Shown here piece after piece: positions 31,131 through 42,447 of a stretch of 42,447 nucleotides of DNA. The position numbers and the translations under genes are program-made. The notes under the pieces were generated by a model. That model ran no database searches. It saw only the letters and a program-made list of their open reading frames with translations, and had not been told where the DNA came from. The stretch comes from Schmidtea polychroa. Lineage: Eukaryota. The DNA is taken from NCBI GenBank assembly GCA_044892525.1, contig CM097886.1:122326001-122368447 (forward strand), in the 5' to 3' direction. Position 1 is the first letter of the stretch. Every line of letters begins with the position of its first letter.

Positions 31131-32885
31131 AATGAAATAGTCGATTTCTGATGAAGTTTCTGACATATTCTTGTATATTTTTTTATAATTAATTAATTTT
31201 AAATGGAAAATTTTTTCGCTAATTGAATGTCCGCATCATAAATCAATGTCCTATAGTGTGTATTTTTTATTATAGAACCGTGTTTGTATGTATTTATTTA
31301 TTTTTCTTCCAACAGCGATTTTTTCTATCTTTCTATAGTGTAAGAGCTAATTGAATGTCACCTAGCTAATTCAATGTCCCTTCTGGCTATGACACACATA
31401 CATTTATTATAAGTAAGTTAATATTTATATTATTAAATATGCAAATCAATGGCCATTTGATGATAATCAAATGCCGGTTGGTGTAAATAACAATAATGAA
31501 AAATTTGGCAATACAAAATACATTCATCGAACCCATCGTAACTGGAAGAATAAAATGTGATTATTTCAAAAGCAAAAAATAGGTAGATATTTTATTAGTG
31601 TACAAAATGAACTATAAATTAGTTACACACAAAATAACCGTCCTCAGTGAACTTAACCAACAAAACGTGAATTTCACATAAATACAAAAAAAATTACAAA
31701 GCATGTTTTAAGAATCTGATTTTTGCTGTTGCCTTTCAAAGACAAGTTAAAAAATTCGTGGCTTCATCTTGGCAAGTGACACTCGCACGTCACCTTTGTC
31801 ACCTTTGCAATAAAATTTGCTTGTTTACTTCATTTTTATTTTTTCATCCTGGAAAGGAATTCCTCGCAAAGAAACGATGTAGCAAACGGTATAAGTGTCT
31901 CAATGACTTTCTTAGCAATATGAAGGTACGCCACTATTTAGTGAATCCAAAACGTTGAGAGCGTTGTTGTTCTGAAGTGTTACTGTTGAACCTTACAAGT
32001 ACAATGATTTTGTCAAGATATTCATCATTGACAACTGCTGGAGAAATATCCATCGAAGGGCTCTGCGAACTCATCTGGGTGCACTACATTTCCTATTTTC
32101 AATTTCCTCAGATTAGAAATGTCGCCAATTTTAGACACATCTTGCTTAGAAATTTGTTCTAAAGAGGATGGTTTGCTAAATTATCATTTTCTGTTCGTCA
32201 TTTTCCTAACGGTATCTTCTTTTGACTAGCACTCAGGTTTTCTCCTACTTCAATGATGTTGACTTCACCTTCTGGCATCTGTTGATTGGGATGGTTAAGG
32301 GCATCAAAGATATCATATCAGCCATAAGCAATAAATTCAGAATTTTTGAAGCAATCTGCATGAGTAGATTATATGAATCAGGAGTATGTGACTTTCTCTG
32401 TTTTACAATGAATATATGACCAAAAGCAAAATATCCATTTAATTCAATCAAGTTCCTTTTAGCAATATATTTAACAAACGCTAAATAACGCAAACATACA
32501 ACTTTAAAAAATGTTTCCTTAGTTTTTTCGGTGCAAAACTAGAAATCCTCAATTTTGATTTGGAAATCATTCATTGAGAACGCTCATTCCTATTATGTTC
32601 CTGTTGGATTTTAATAAATAATTACCTCGATAACTTATTCCTTGTGGCCATTTATAAAAAGAAAAGGAAATTTCTACATATATTAAAAATCAAATAAACA
32701 ATATTATAAAATGTAAAATTCAAGTGAATAAAAGGATCAGGTATCGACTTCTCGTATTGAGCTTTTTTTATATAAATTCCCTTTCCTTAATGTCGTTTAT
32801 TCTTATTTTACTTAATTCTACCTAAGCCTAAAGATAAATATCTGAAGTTCGAGTCTCCTTTATATACTTCTGTTAATTGTTTCAT

Positions 32886-33530
32886 TGTCGGGGTCAGGCT
32901 CGGTTAAAGACAATAGCCATAAGGGCTAATCTGAAAATAATAATAATCATAAATAAATAATTACCAGAAATAACCATTATAATTAATTAATCACTATAAA
33001 TAGGTAGTAGGATTATATAATTACGATAAATAAATAAATATTTACTATAAACATAAATATTATAAAAATAGCATAAATTAATTACTATAAATAAGATAAA
33101 TATTAAATATAAACATTTATAATATATATATATATATAATTTATAAATAGTAATTGTTTAAGTTAATAGTGAAAATTGAATGAATATAAACAAAGGAGAT
33201 TAATAGTCATTGGAGAGAAATATTCACGCTTCAGTGAGTATTGATTAAAAAACAATAAAGATTAATCCCCAGATTTGACTAGAAAAACAACAAGAACGAG
33301 ATTCAAAAATCCATAGAGATTAAAAAGCAATTATAAATAATAACAGCTATGACCAGAAATACCAGAAATACCAGCTGTCGTTTTTATTTGAGTATAAAAG
33401 GAAAATCATTAGTCGGTAAATTAGAGAGAGAGCGAGAAAGCTAGCTGTGAAAAAATACTAGATTTTTAGCCATAAGGATATTTAATCTATTGATTAATTT
33501 TAAAATTAAATGGAAAGCACACCCGACCCC
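32886..33530 (+). mobile_element. Possible LTR fragment
   Basis: TGTCGGGG start, A-rich arm, TATAAAAGG followed by CATTAGTC and a GA run, and CCCGACC near 33522. No TSD found. Confidence 0.3.
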
Positions 33531-34029
33531 AAGCATCAGTATTTCGGACTGATTTGTTTGAGTGCATTAAAATTCTGAGAGGGTAAAATTTAGGAAACGA
33601 TACAACGATTCTGATTTTATTCAATAGAGCAAAATTCGGGACTTACCCACCAAATCTTGGCCCAATCTTATCTAAAAGTACTGAGAAGCAATTAGATCCA
33701 GCGTGTGTTCTTTTCTTGAGGACTGTTCGTATAACCGATTTCTGTTCTTTATCATCAGTGGCATTTTTGGTAAACACAAATATAATTTTGAAAATACAAA
33801 AATCGTTATCTTAGTTAAATCATATATTTATTTATACACGCTAAATTATCTTTTGGAGTCAGATAAATTAGTAACTGTGTTAGGTATCTTATCCACCAGA
33901 TTAATCCTAACATAATTAACGACTTATATCTGCATTCCAGTGGAAGTTTCAGGGAGCAGTTGAGTAATTACTCCACCTAAGAATATTTTGTTCGCTTATT
34001 TATTTTTATTCTTAAAAATCACAATTTTA

Positions 34030-35119
34030 TTGAAACAAAGGACTGAATTCAGTGTCTTATTTGACAGCAAACAATTGCAGTAGCAAAAGGGTTCAATCTT
34101 AGTCACCATTATAACACACTTCATGGCAACAAATTCCATGGAAAATTAAGAGAAGAGAAAATTATTCAGTTCAAATCATCATTTAAAAAACAAACAAGTT
34201 TGTTCTCCAAGTACAATAAAGTCAGTGAAGATTCTGTCAAAGCAAGCTATATTCTCTGAAATGATAGCAAAAGCATCCAAACCTTTTAAAGAAGGACTTT
34301 TTGTCAAAGAATGCATGGTACACGCCTGTGAAATAATGTGCCCTGAAAAGAAGAAAGTGTTTGAGAGAATAAGTCTATCTGCTAATACAGTTTCTGCTCG
34401 AATTTCTGAGTTGACAGATGACACACAACTGACACAGCCCAATGTGCAGTCTTCATTAGAGGTGTTGACAAACATTTGATGATTACTGAGGAATTGCTAG
34501 AATTGATACCTTTGAAGGGCACAACCATAGGAAGAGATATTTTTCAAAAGCTTGAAAAGTGTACTGCTAAAGCTGAGCTACCTTGGTCAAAATTAGTTAA
34601 TCTTGCAACAGATGGTGCTCCAGCAATGCTTTCAGAAAAAGTCGGAGTTGTTCGTCTACTTAAAAACAAAAATCATATTCATATCTCCAACAAGAAAGAT
34701 TTCCAAGGTTGCATTCTCAGGCAGTAAAGATTATTACAATGTTTGGAAGCACTTTTTTTTCATTGATGAAATTCAACAAATCTTCAATAAAAACAAAGTT
34801 AAGTGACGAACATTTACAAGCCACACTAAGACTGGCAACATCTAAAAAGATTTTTCCTAATATTGATGTTATTGTGGTGGCTAAACATTGCCAACTAAGT
34901 AGCCAGAAATAAAAATAATATATTTGACGCTTTGTTTGTCTTTAAATAATTTTGTGTTACATTTTTATGTTCATAATAATGTTTTTTTCCTATTTCTAAT
35001 AAATTGCAATTATGATACATTTTCGAGTATTTATTTTCTAAAAAAAATATGTTGCGGCCCGCCGGCTCATGATACTAGTCTAATGCGGCCCGCAGGCCAG
35101 TTTGAGTTTGAGACCCCTG
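34030..35119 (+). mobile_element. Internally deleted hAT (Charlie/Buster, GTF2IRD2-like) transposon remnant
   Basis: KASYILSEMIAKASKPFKEGLFVKECM...ISLSANTVSARI; LIPLKGTTIGRDIF; LATDGAPAM; MFGSTFFSLMKFNKS...LSDEHLQATLRLAT. Right TIR tttgagacccctg (35107-35119) preceded by GCGGCCCG subterminal repeats. Left TIR not seen. Confidence 0.88.
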
Positions 35120-35325
35120 ATATACATCGACATTTTCCGAATAAGGTGGAGAATCTTCAGTATCTTCATTAGGTTGCTCACAGCACAAGAAAAGGAAAAC
35201 ACAAGAAGAAGAGCATACAACATGTACATCTAGTAACGTTGAAATTTACATTTATATAGGTAAATTTAGTAATGTTAATGTCGAAATTGATAAATTTCGA
35301 ATTTTAAATTGTAAATGAAAACCAA

Positions 35326-36620
35326 ATGATACCTTTGTATTACCCAATTCTTTATATAAAGGGGGTTGGGGAGATGTTAAATATTACTTATCTGAAAAAA
35401 ATTTTAGACAATTTAATTGGTAATGTTTTCAAGACATATTGCATCATTTTTGCAAAATTTGGTGGGTTTCATCAACAAATACCATTGCAAAAATTAGTCT
35501 CTCAACCAATATCGAATTGTTCTAAATAATCAGGTAAAGATGGTGTTTTGATAAGTCATGAAAATACTAAGTACCATAAAAATCCAATGGTTTTGGGGGA
35601 AAATTTTAAAAAATCACTCAATACCCCATCACGAGATATAAGAAATAAATTAAATATTGCAAGACTTCAACAAATTGAAGAAAACAGAAATAGATTAAAA
35701 CCAAGTCGAAACTATAATTTTTTTGGAGAAACAAAGTATTCCCTTACGAGGTCATCGTTGCGATGATTCTCTCTTATATACAAAAAATTCGTTTGCGAAA
35801 TGACATAACTTAAAAAAATAATTTGGAAAGCGATCGATCAAATGCCACCTATATAAGTAAATCGACTCAAAATTAAGAAGTTAGACATATTATTTTAACA
35901 CAAGTTAAGAAAGCAACATATTTCACCGTAAAGCCCGATGAAACCATTGATATTAGAGATAATTTCATAAAGGTCTCTTGAAATAAGATATATGAAATCT
36001 GATTGTTCGGAAATATAGATTTTGTGGAATTCATTGATTGTCAGAATGATAATTATAATGATGTTACTCATGAGCCTAATCTTAGGGAATATTTTGGCAA
36101 AAACAGTTTTGAAATTTGTGAAAAATCATGATTTAAGTTTTAGAAATTGCATTGGAATTGGAACAGATGGATGTTACGTTATGATGGGAGAATTGAAGGG
36201 GGATGTATCTGTATTGCAGTCAACGTTGTCCAACACCTGTAAAGACACGATGAATTTGTTCAATTTTAACACAGTAATAACTAGTGTTTTATTAACAATA
36301 ACTGACGAAGATTTGGATGTCACTTTAAAATCTGTTGACACATATTTAAATAAAATTTTACTAGAAAATGCAACATAAGTCTAAATTGGAATTTTGGAAA
36401 TTACTATGCCATAGAAAAATAAACTAAAAGAACTTTTACCAGAAAATGCTTCAGATACATACAGAGAATGTGGCGCCAATATTTAACAAATATTAAAAAT
36501 ATTTTTTCAAAAGTTATGTACCCTGCTCGTTAGCGTTGGTTCTGCAGAAAGAAGTTTTTCTGCGCAGAAAAAGATTAAAATCGTAGCTGCGAGCCACTAT
36601 GTCTCGAGAAAGACTAACCG
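35326..36620 (+). pseudogene. Decayed hAT transposase, ZMYM1/THAP12 (DUF4371)-like
   Basis: Fragments IEENRNRLKP..., IPLRGHR..DDS, CIGIGTDGCYVMMGELKG and VSVGSAERSFS (hAT dimerisation motif) across many frameshifts. Confidence 0.8.
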
Positions 36621-38439
36621 GGTCATAGATATAAATTTAGTTATAAAAATCTATTTCAAATTTTACAGAATATTTTAATATGTTTCCTGTATTTTTTTCG
36701 GGTGTGATAATATTTTGTTTTTATTTAAAATGAATAGAATTTTATTTTTATATTCTATTCCAATAATATTCCTTTTTATACTAATTATATTTTTTGATAT
36801 TTTTTTTAAATCCCCTCTAAACCAGTTGGCTGGAAATGCTTTTACTGTATTCTGACAAATTATTTCAACATTTTCTCTGTCCGTTATCCAAAATCATCAA
36901 GATAATTAATGATCTTTCTTGAAACTGACCATTTCTTGAACTTATTGTCATTGTCAAAAATTAATCATATTGTCATAATAGTCGAATTTCGAAATTCATT
37001 TTGTTGACTTTTGCATTTTTTATTCAACTCAAGATTGCATTTTCTTAATTAATTAATCAGTAAACAATTTTTTGTATGACAAACATTTTTAATGGTTTCC
37101 TGGACCCTTTTGACTTTTTTGATATTTTATTATGTTACTCTTCTATATTGATGTATCTAATTGTACACTTTCAGCTCTTTTTCTTACCCCTATTTAACAT
37201 CATAGTTTTCTTTTACATAAATACATCGTTTACCAAGCTTTATATACAGTGACGTTTATTCATAAGTTCATTTTTGTATCCATGTTGTACATATTCCATC
37301 TTTAAAACCCTAGCATTTTGATAACCACATAAAATTTTTCTGACCCTTTTTTATTGTTAGATATTTTTAGTATAAATGAATTAATAAATTGAGATGGAAA
37401 TCAGAAATGATTTACAATAACGACAGTCACAAGTCAACTATTGAACTCACTAAGGTTAGCACACATATAATACCAAAAACTCCTGAGACTGTCTCACAGA
37501 CATACTGCAAGACATAAAATTGTCGTCACTTCCTCGCGATTGCAATAAATTAAGGACACCACAATATGTAATTTATCAATTAACTCCTTATTTACTCGAA
37601 CAAATAATCTAATTTCAAGAACTCTGTTATTAAAATATTTTAAATTCAAACAGATAATTATTTTTAATTACAGTTTAAATAGACCCTTACATTGTTTTTC
37701 CACGTAGCAGATCTCAGAATGTATCTCATATTCTTTAAGCTCACTATAATAACCTGATTAAATCCAATGCTGATAAATTCAATATTAAAATCAAGTGCAA
37801 ATAACGGAACTTTTGGCAAAAGGAAAATGTCTTTTCTATAGGAATAATTTTGACAACCTATTTTGTCACCATAAAAAATCAAATGAGTAGTAATTATAAT
37901 TTTACAGTCAACATGATTTAATAGTTGTAAAAATTATATAAATATCATGAATGTGGCAAATCTTCCAAATTTATGAATCTTAAATTGACGTTTTGACCAA
38001 AGAAATGCACTAGCACTAATTTCATGTAAATCAATCTGAATTAAGATGGAAATTGTAATTCATTATTGGGGCCATAAATCAATAAATATTAACAGGAACA
38101 TTATACCTGTCGATATAATGAAACATATGTGATTAGTGAAAATTCCGGAAGGTGCCACAAATACACCTTAAAATCCAAATACAGTACTGTGAATACTAAT
38201 ATAACAAAATGTAACGGAAGAATATTTTATGCTTCATAATAGCAAATCATCAAATAATAGTAACAACACTACCAGTATTATATATAACAATTATAATCAC
38301 CACCAATCAGAAAACAACGGATGGACGAAGGAACCAATCACTAATCAACTATCACAGACGACAGCAGCACATCAATTTATAGTTTTCACGGAGCACGTGT
38401 TTATGTGTGTGTGACTCAAACTCATAATAGATGCATGCA

Positions 38440-38474
38440 CTATAATTATATAATAATAATAATAATAATAATAA

Positions 38475-38517
<43 letters not shown>

Positions 38518-38540
38518 TAATAATAATAACAATAATAATC
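38440..38540. repeat. (AAT)n microsatellite; further AT/ATAC and ATGT/GT repeats at ~38700-38805
   Basis: Directly visible simple repeats. Confidence 0.95.
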
Positions 38541-39571
38541 ACCGAGTGCACCGGATATCATATCCGGGAACCTTTCAAGCAAACAATAACACAAATTAGC
38601 GTGAATCAACCTATTGCAAATAAAACGCAACACAAAAGTAAAAAACGACTCGAAATCGATAACGATACGAAGAGCTATCCGATAATGCGGTAAAACATTG
38701 ATATACATATACATATACATATATATAAATATATATATTACATAGGTCAAAATTGATACTAGATGTCTGTCTGTGAATATGCATGTATGTGTATGTGTAT
38801 GTGTGTCGGTATGACTACGGATTATGTACGGCAGTGTTATTGTGGACTTCAAATTATATTTAATTATATTTATGATTTTTCTAATAATGTTGGAAACATG
38901 AGTATTTCCAGATGTCGAAACAATAGTCGATCCCATGATTGGTTTAATTGCTTGACTCGATATCTAGAATAAACATTTAGTTAATAATAAAATAAAAACA
39001 AAACTAATAATCATGAATAATTTTAATTAAATAATTTTTATAAATCTGATTGAAATTATAAATCATTGGATAGTTAATTATTTATGAATTCAGAAATCAA
39101 TAAGTATAATAATAATTTCACGAAATTATAAACAAGATTCTAGTTAAAAACCAAAAATAGAATTTGCGATTACCTGCTTCAGTAAATTAGATAGCACGAG
39201 AATTCAAAGATATTAGTTTTTACTAACTGAATAATTTTAAAAAATTTATTGTTTTTGAAAATTTTCCATTAGTTTTTGCCATTATGCGACACTAAAAAGG
39301 AGGGACCAAAAAATTTACTAAAAAAGAAAATACTTCTGTCCTTAAATTACACTCACCAGTATTCCAATTCGCATCTACCAACAGTAAGAAAGGAAACACT
39401 TGAAAAATCAAATTGGATTAGGTACAAAGCGAGAGAGAAAATATATATTTTAAGCATGAGGGGAGGGTTTCATCAAAAAGTAAAGAGCGCGTAGATCCTT
39501 GTAGTAATTCAAGCATCTTTAACATTTCCAATTTTTAGTAGGTCCAAGTAATCGATAATCAATCCCAAAGA

Positions 39572-39976
39572 CATGGGCGTCCACAAGACACGGCCCCCCC
39601 CCTCTGAATTTCCCAAACCTTTCTATTTTTCGATTAATTTAAACACATTTTGGGAAAACCCAAGACAAAAAAAATTAATAAAAAAATTTAATTTAAGAGG
39701 CTTCCTATTTCTTTTTAATGTTATTAATTATATCTGGAAATCAATGATTTCAAATCATCTTATTTGTATAAAAACTTTCAATATTAACTGACGTTCTGGT
39801 TTTAAAAAGTGTTCATTTTGTAAATTAGCGGAAAAAAAGTCCTATTTTGTATAATGCCCCAAATATTTATTATACACATGCATTTTTTTCAACTCTCTTC
39901 ATCCCTAGAAAAATTGTCTACTTGGTAAAAAAATTATTTTTGACCCCACCCTTGTAAACTCCTGTGGACGCCCATG
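39572..39976. mobile_element. hAT-type MITE (405 bp)
   Basis: 14-bp perfect TIRs CATGGGCGTCCACA / TGTGGACGCCCATG. Perfect 8-bp TSD CCCAAAGA (39564-39571, 39977-39984). Confidence 0.95.
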
Positions 39977-40563
39977 CCCAAAGACGAAGCAAATGACTTA
40001 ATTTTCGGTTGACAATAATGAAAACAGATTGGATAATAACCATGTATGAGAAATAAAGAACATTACTGTTAGATTAGTACCTGTTGTGGTTAACGTTGTA
40101 GTAGTGGTTATGTTGTATAGAGAAAATTGTAGGATCCAATAGAGTCACCGCAAAAATTTGTTTGGGACAGTTGGATTGTTTATATGTTGATATAATTTAC
40201 GATAAAATTTTGGTAATAACATTTATTTAACAATAACAATAAAAATTTAAAACGACCATAGTTATTTCCTTGGTAATTAGGTCAGTTATTCTCAGTAATT
40301 CTCTTGAACTGTATTTAAAAGTTGGAAAATTCAGCTTCTAGATCGTATATTTGCTACAGCAACTTTAATTATCCTATAAATTATATTCAGGAATAGAGCT
40401 GTTCAGCTCTTGAGTAGTTTGTTTCTTTTAAATAATCTTCTACGATTTTTTAGGATTATATTTGCTTAACTTTAGATCCTTTTACTTTCTTTTGTTAATT
40501 TTGTTCTTTGTAGAAATTACTTAGGTTTATTTTTCTATCGATTTTTTTAATTTTTCAATTTTC

Positions 40564-40590
40564 TATAGCGATAATTCACTATATAGTTTT
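40564..40590. repeat. Truncated copy C of the TATAGCGATAATT palindrome element
   Basis: tatagcgataattcac-tatatagttttt lacks one arm. Upstream T-rich flank resembles the reverse complement of 19013-19045. Confidence 0.7.
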
Positions 40591-40835
40591 TATTTCTTTT
40601 ACCACCGCACGTGGTGTGACAACAAACAATAGAAATTCATTACCATCTCTATTTATAAATCAAAAAATAACGTAACGTTACACACTACAGTACTAAAAGA
40701 AAATCTAAATTAAAAAATAGTACTTGGTATTGCTTTAAAAAAAGTTATTATTGCTTTAAAAAAAGTTATATTTTATTTTATTTCTAAAATTTGGCGACCT
40801 AGCGATGGCTAAACGGTAGGACCTACAGATTAGAG

Positions 40836-41511
40836 CAGTCTTTCTCAAAGACGGGGAGGTAATGGGTCCAGAAAAAAATAGGGGCGTTGACGTGGGTTAA
40901 GAGGGCGTTGGTAGATTTGTAATTTCATTTACTTTATATTTTAAATTTCACTAAAATCAAAACCTACTTACTACACAATAACGAATAATTAGCTTATATT
41001 TCTACCCTGTATGATGGTATAAAAACTTAAAATACTTAATTATATTATACTCGTTTCTGTTCATTAACAAATTCAATAAAAAGTTTCATAATTTCAAATT
41101 TACACCTTTCTTTACTATAATTTACGAAAGGGTGGAAACATTAATACATATAGGTTGTGTGACGGTTTAGTAGACTTAAGAGGCTTCTTCATAAAACTCT
41201 GTACTTTAATTAAAATTTATCTCTTTATATACTTTTTCTCCTCTCCTTTCAAACCTCCCTTTTTACTAATCACTAATTTCCTTATTAGTACCATCATTAC
41301 CTATCTTGATCATAACTTTCCATATTGGTTAATTATTCCCCATCTGGGAATCACTTTCCTTTTCCGATCAATCAGATTCTTTTAGAATATGCAACTAATA
41401 TATATTTCTGCTTAAATGCTATTAAAATTGAAAAAAGTTCAGGGGGGCGCTGATTAATATATTTTGTGGAAAGGGGAGAGGCGGTAGATCAAATAAGTTT
41501 AGGAACCACTG
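40836..41511. mobile_element. hAT Buster/Charlie-type MITE (676 bp)
   Basis: Ends CAGTCTTTCTCAAA / TTTAGGAACCACTG (degenerate CAGTGGTTC.CAAA). Perfect 8-bp TSD GATTAGAG with central TA (40828-40835, 41512-41519). Confidence 0.9.
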
Positions 41512-41613
41512 GATTAGAGTGACCAACGGACTACTTGACAGCCTCATATAAATATTTCGAATATAATACTATTTTTTTAGTAATATCATAATATCATGAT
41601 ATTTATGGCTGTG

Positions 41614-42270
41614 AAAAGGCTTAAATTATCACTTAATTGTTTTAAATAATAAATGCTGCTATCAAGAAATCATCAATTTATACTTCCAAAAGGTCTGAGC
41701 CGGGCTAAATACTTGGAAATACGGAATTTAGCCAGAATCAACGAGAAAATTGCGAAATTATACTGCTAAATAAATTTCCTTCACCGCTGTAAGGAAATAA
41801 AGATTTATCCTACAGCAATTGATAACATGCACTTACCTCAGATTCTCAACAAAGATCAAAACATCAAGAGAAATAGAAACGTCAAAGAATATATTTTAAC
41901 AAACTCATTGGGAACAAAAGAATCAAAAAATCATTTTGAAAAGGTATTTGAATAACAATCCAAAAGAATTGATCTATGAAGTACAAAGACAAGCTTTCAT
42001 GACAGCAGAAGCATATTATCACCTACGATTTGACAAAAGAATCAAATACCTTTCGAGGAAAAAGGAGCTCAAAGCATGCCTTAGTACGAACAATGAAACA
42101 CTGGACGAAAATGAAAGCATTACAGTGAATAGAAATTAACCGACTCACAAATTGTTTATCCGAGTGTGAAAAAGGATTACTTTCACTAGGACCAGCGTTC
42201 AGTATAAGCAGAGAAATATATGAAGCAGTCATCCTCAATTCGCAGCAAAAGGCTTAAATTATCACTTAAT
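41614..42270 (+). mobile_element. Penelope-like element fragment (N-terminal pre-RT region) flanked by a 24-bp direct repeat
   Basis: Decayed frames NEKIAKLYC*INFLHRCKEIKIYPTAI and NRLTNCLSECEKGLLSLGPAFSIS resemble the PLE FL.RC...IP and NLS...E..LL.LG..F segments. aaaaggcttaaattatcacttaat occurs at both 41614-41637 and 42247-42270. Confidence 0.6.
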
Positions 42271-42375
42271 ACTATTATGCATAACAAGGATAAAACACCG
42301 AGTACACCGAGTAAATAATTAAAAATGATATAATAAATAATTATAAATAAAATAATACAAAATAAATAATAAAAA

Positions 42376-42447
42376 AAATATTAAATATAAATATTAAATA
42401 TAAATATTAAATATAAATATTAAATATGAATATTAAATATAAATATT
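42376..42447. repeat. 13-bp AT minisatellite (aaatattaaatat)n running off the window end
   Basis: About 5.5 units. Confidence 0.9.

Noticed and set aside
38352-38936. 194-aa ORF with poly-I/L/Y
   Set aside because: Produced by the (AAT)n and (AT)n microsatellites.
40792-40799. TGGCGACC PBS-like motif
   Set aside because: No LTR end immediately upstream and no gag downstream.

Overview
AT-rich eukaryotic (metazoan-like) scaffold segment made almost entirely of nested transposable-element debris, with a 311-nt N gap (27839-28149). The only clear host genes are a tandem pair of TRAF-type genes on the minus strand: one intact single-exon RING/coiled-coil/MATH gene and one frameshifted copy. Recognisable TE remnants are three decayed hAT transposases, three hAT MITEs with intact 8-bp TSDs, a piggyBac fragment, a Tc1/IS630-like fragment, a split Ty3/Gypsy gag-integrase remnant and a Penelope-like N-terminal fragment. 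The most unusual signal is a family of four solo-LTR-like elements (1557-8279, 8387-9851, 11730-14234, 19693-26039) bounded by TGTTGGG...CCCAACA-type ends and 4-bp TSDs. They carry no gag/pol of their own. Three contain a homologous uncharacterised ORF (coiled coil with an ELE[GS]TWF[SA]P.[QE]MK motif plus a KPKR[RK].L.R basic segment) followed by AATAAA, two of them with an identical upstream TATA motif, and one also carries an AT-hook ORF. All calls come from reading the sequence; no database search was run. A triclad planarian is a plausible host (AT richness, TRAF duplicates, long LTRs), but this is inference only.
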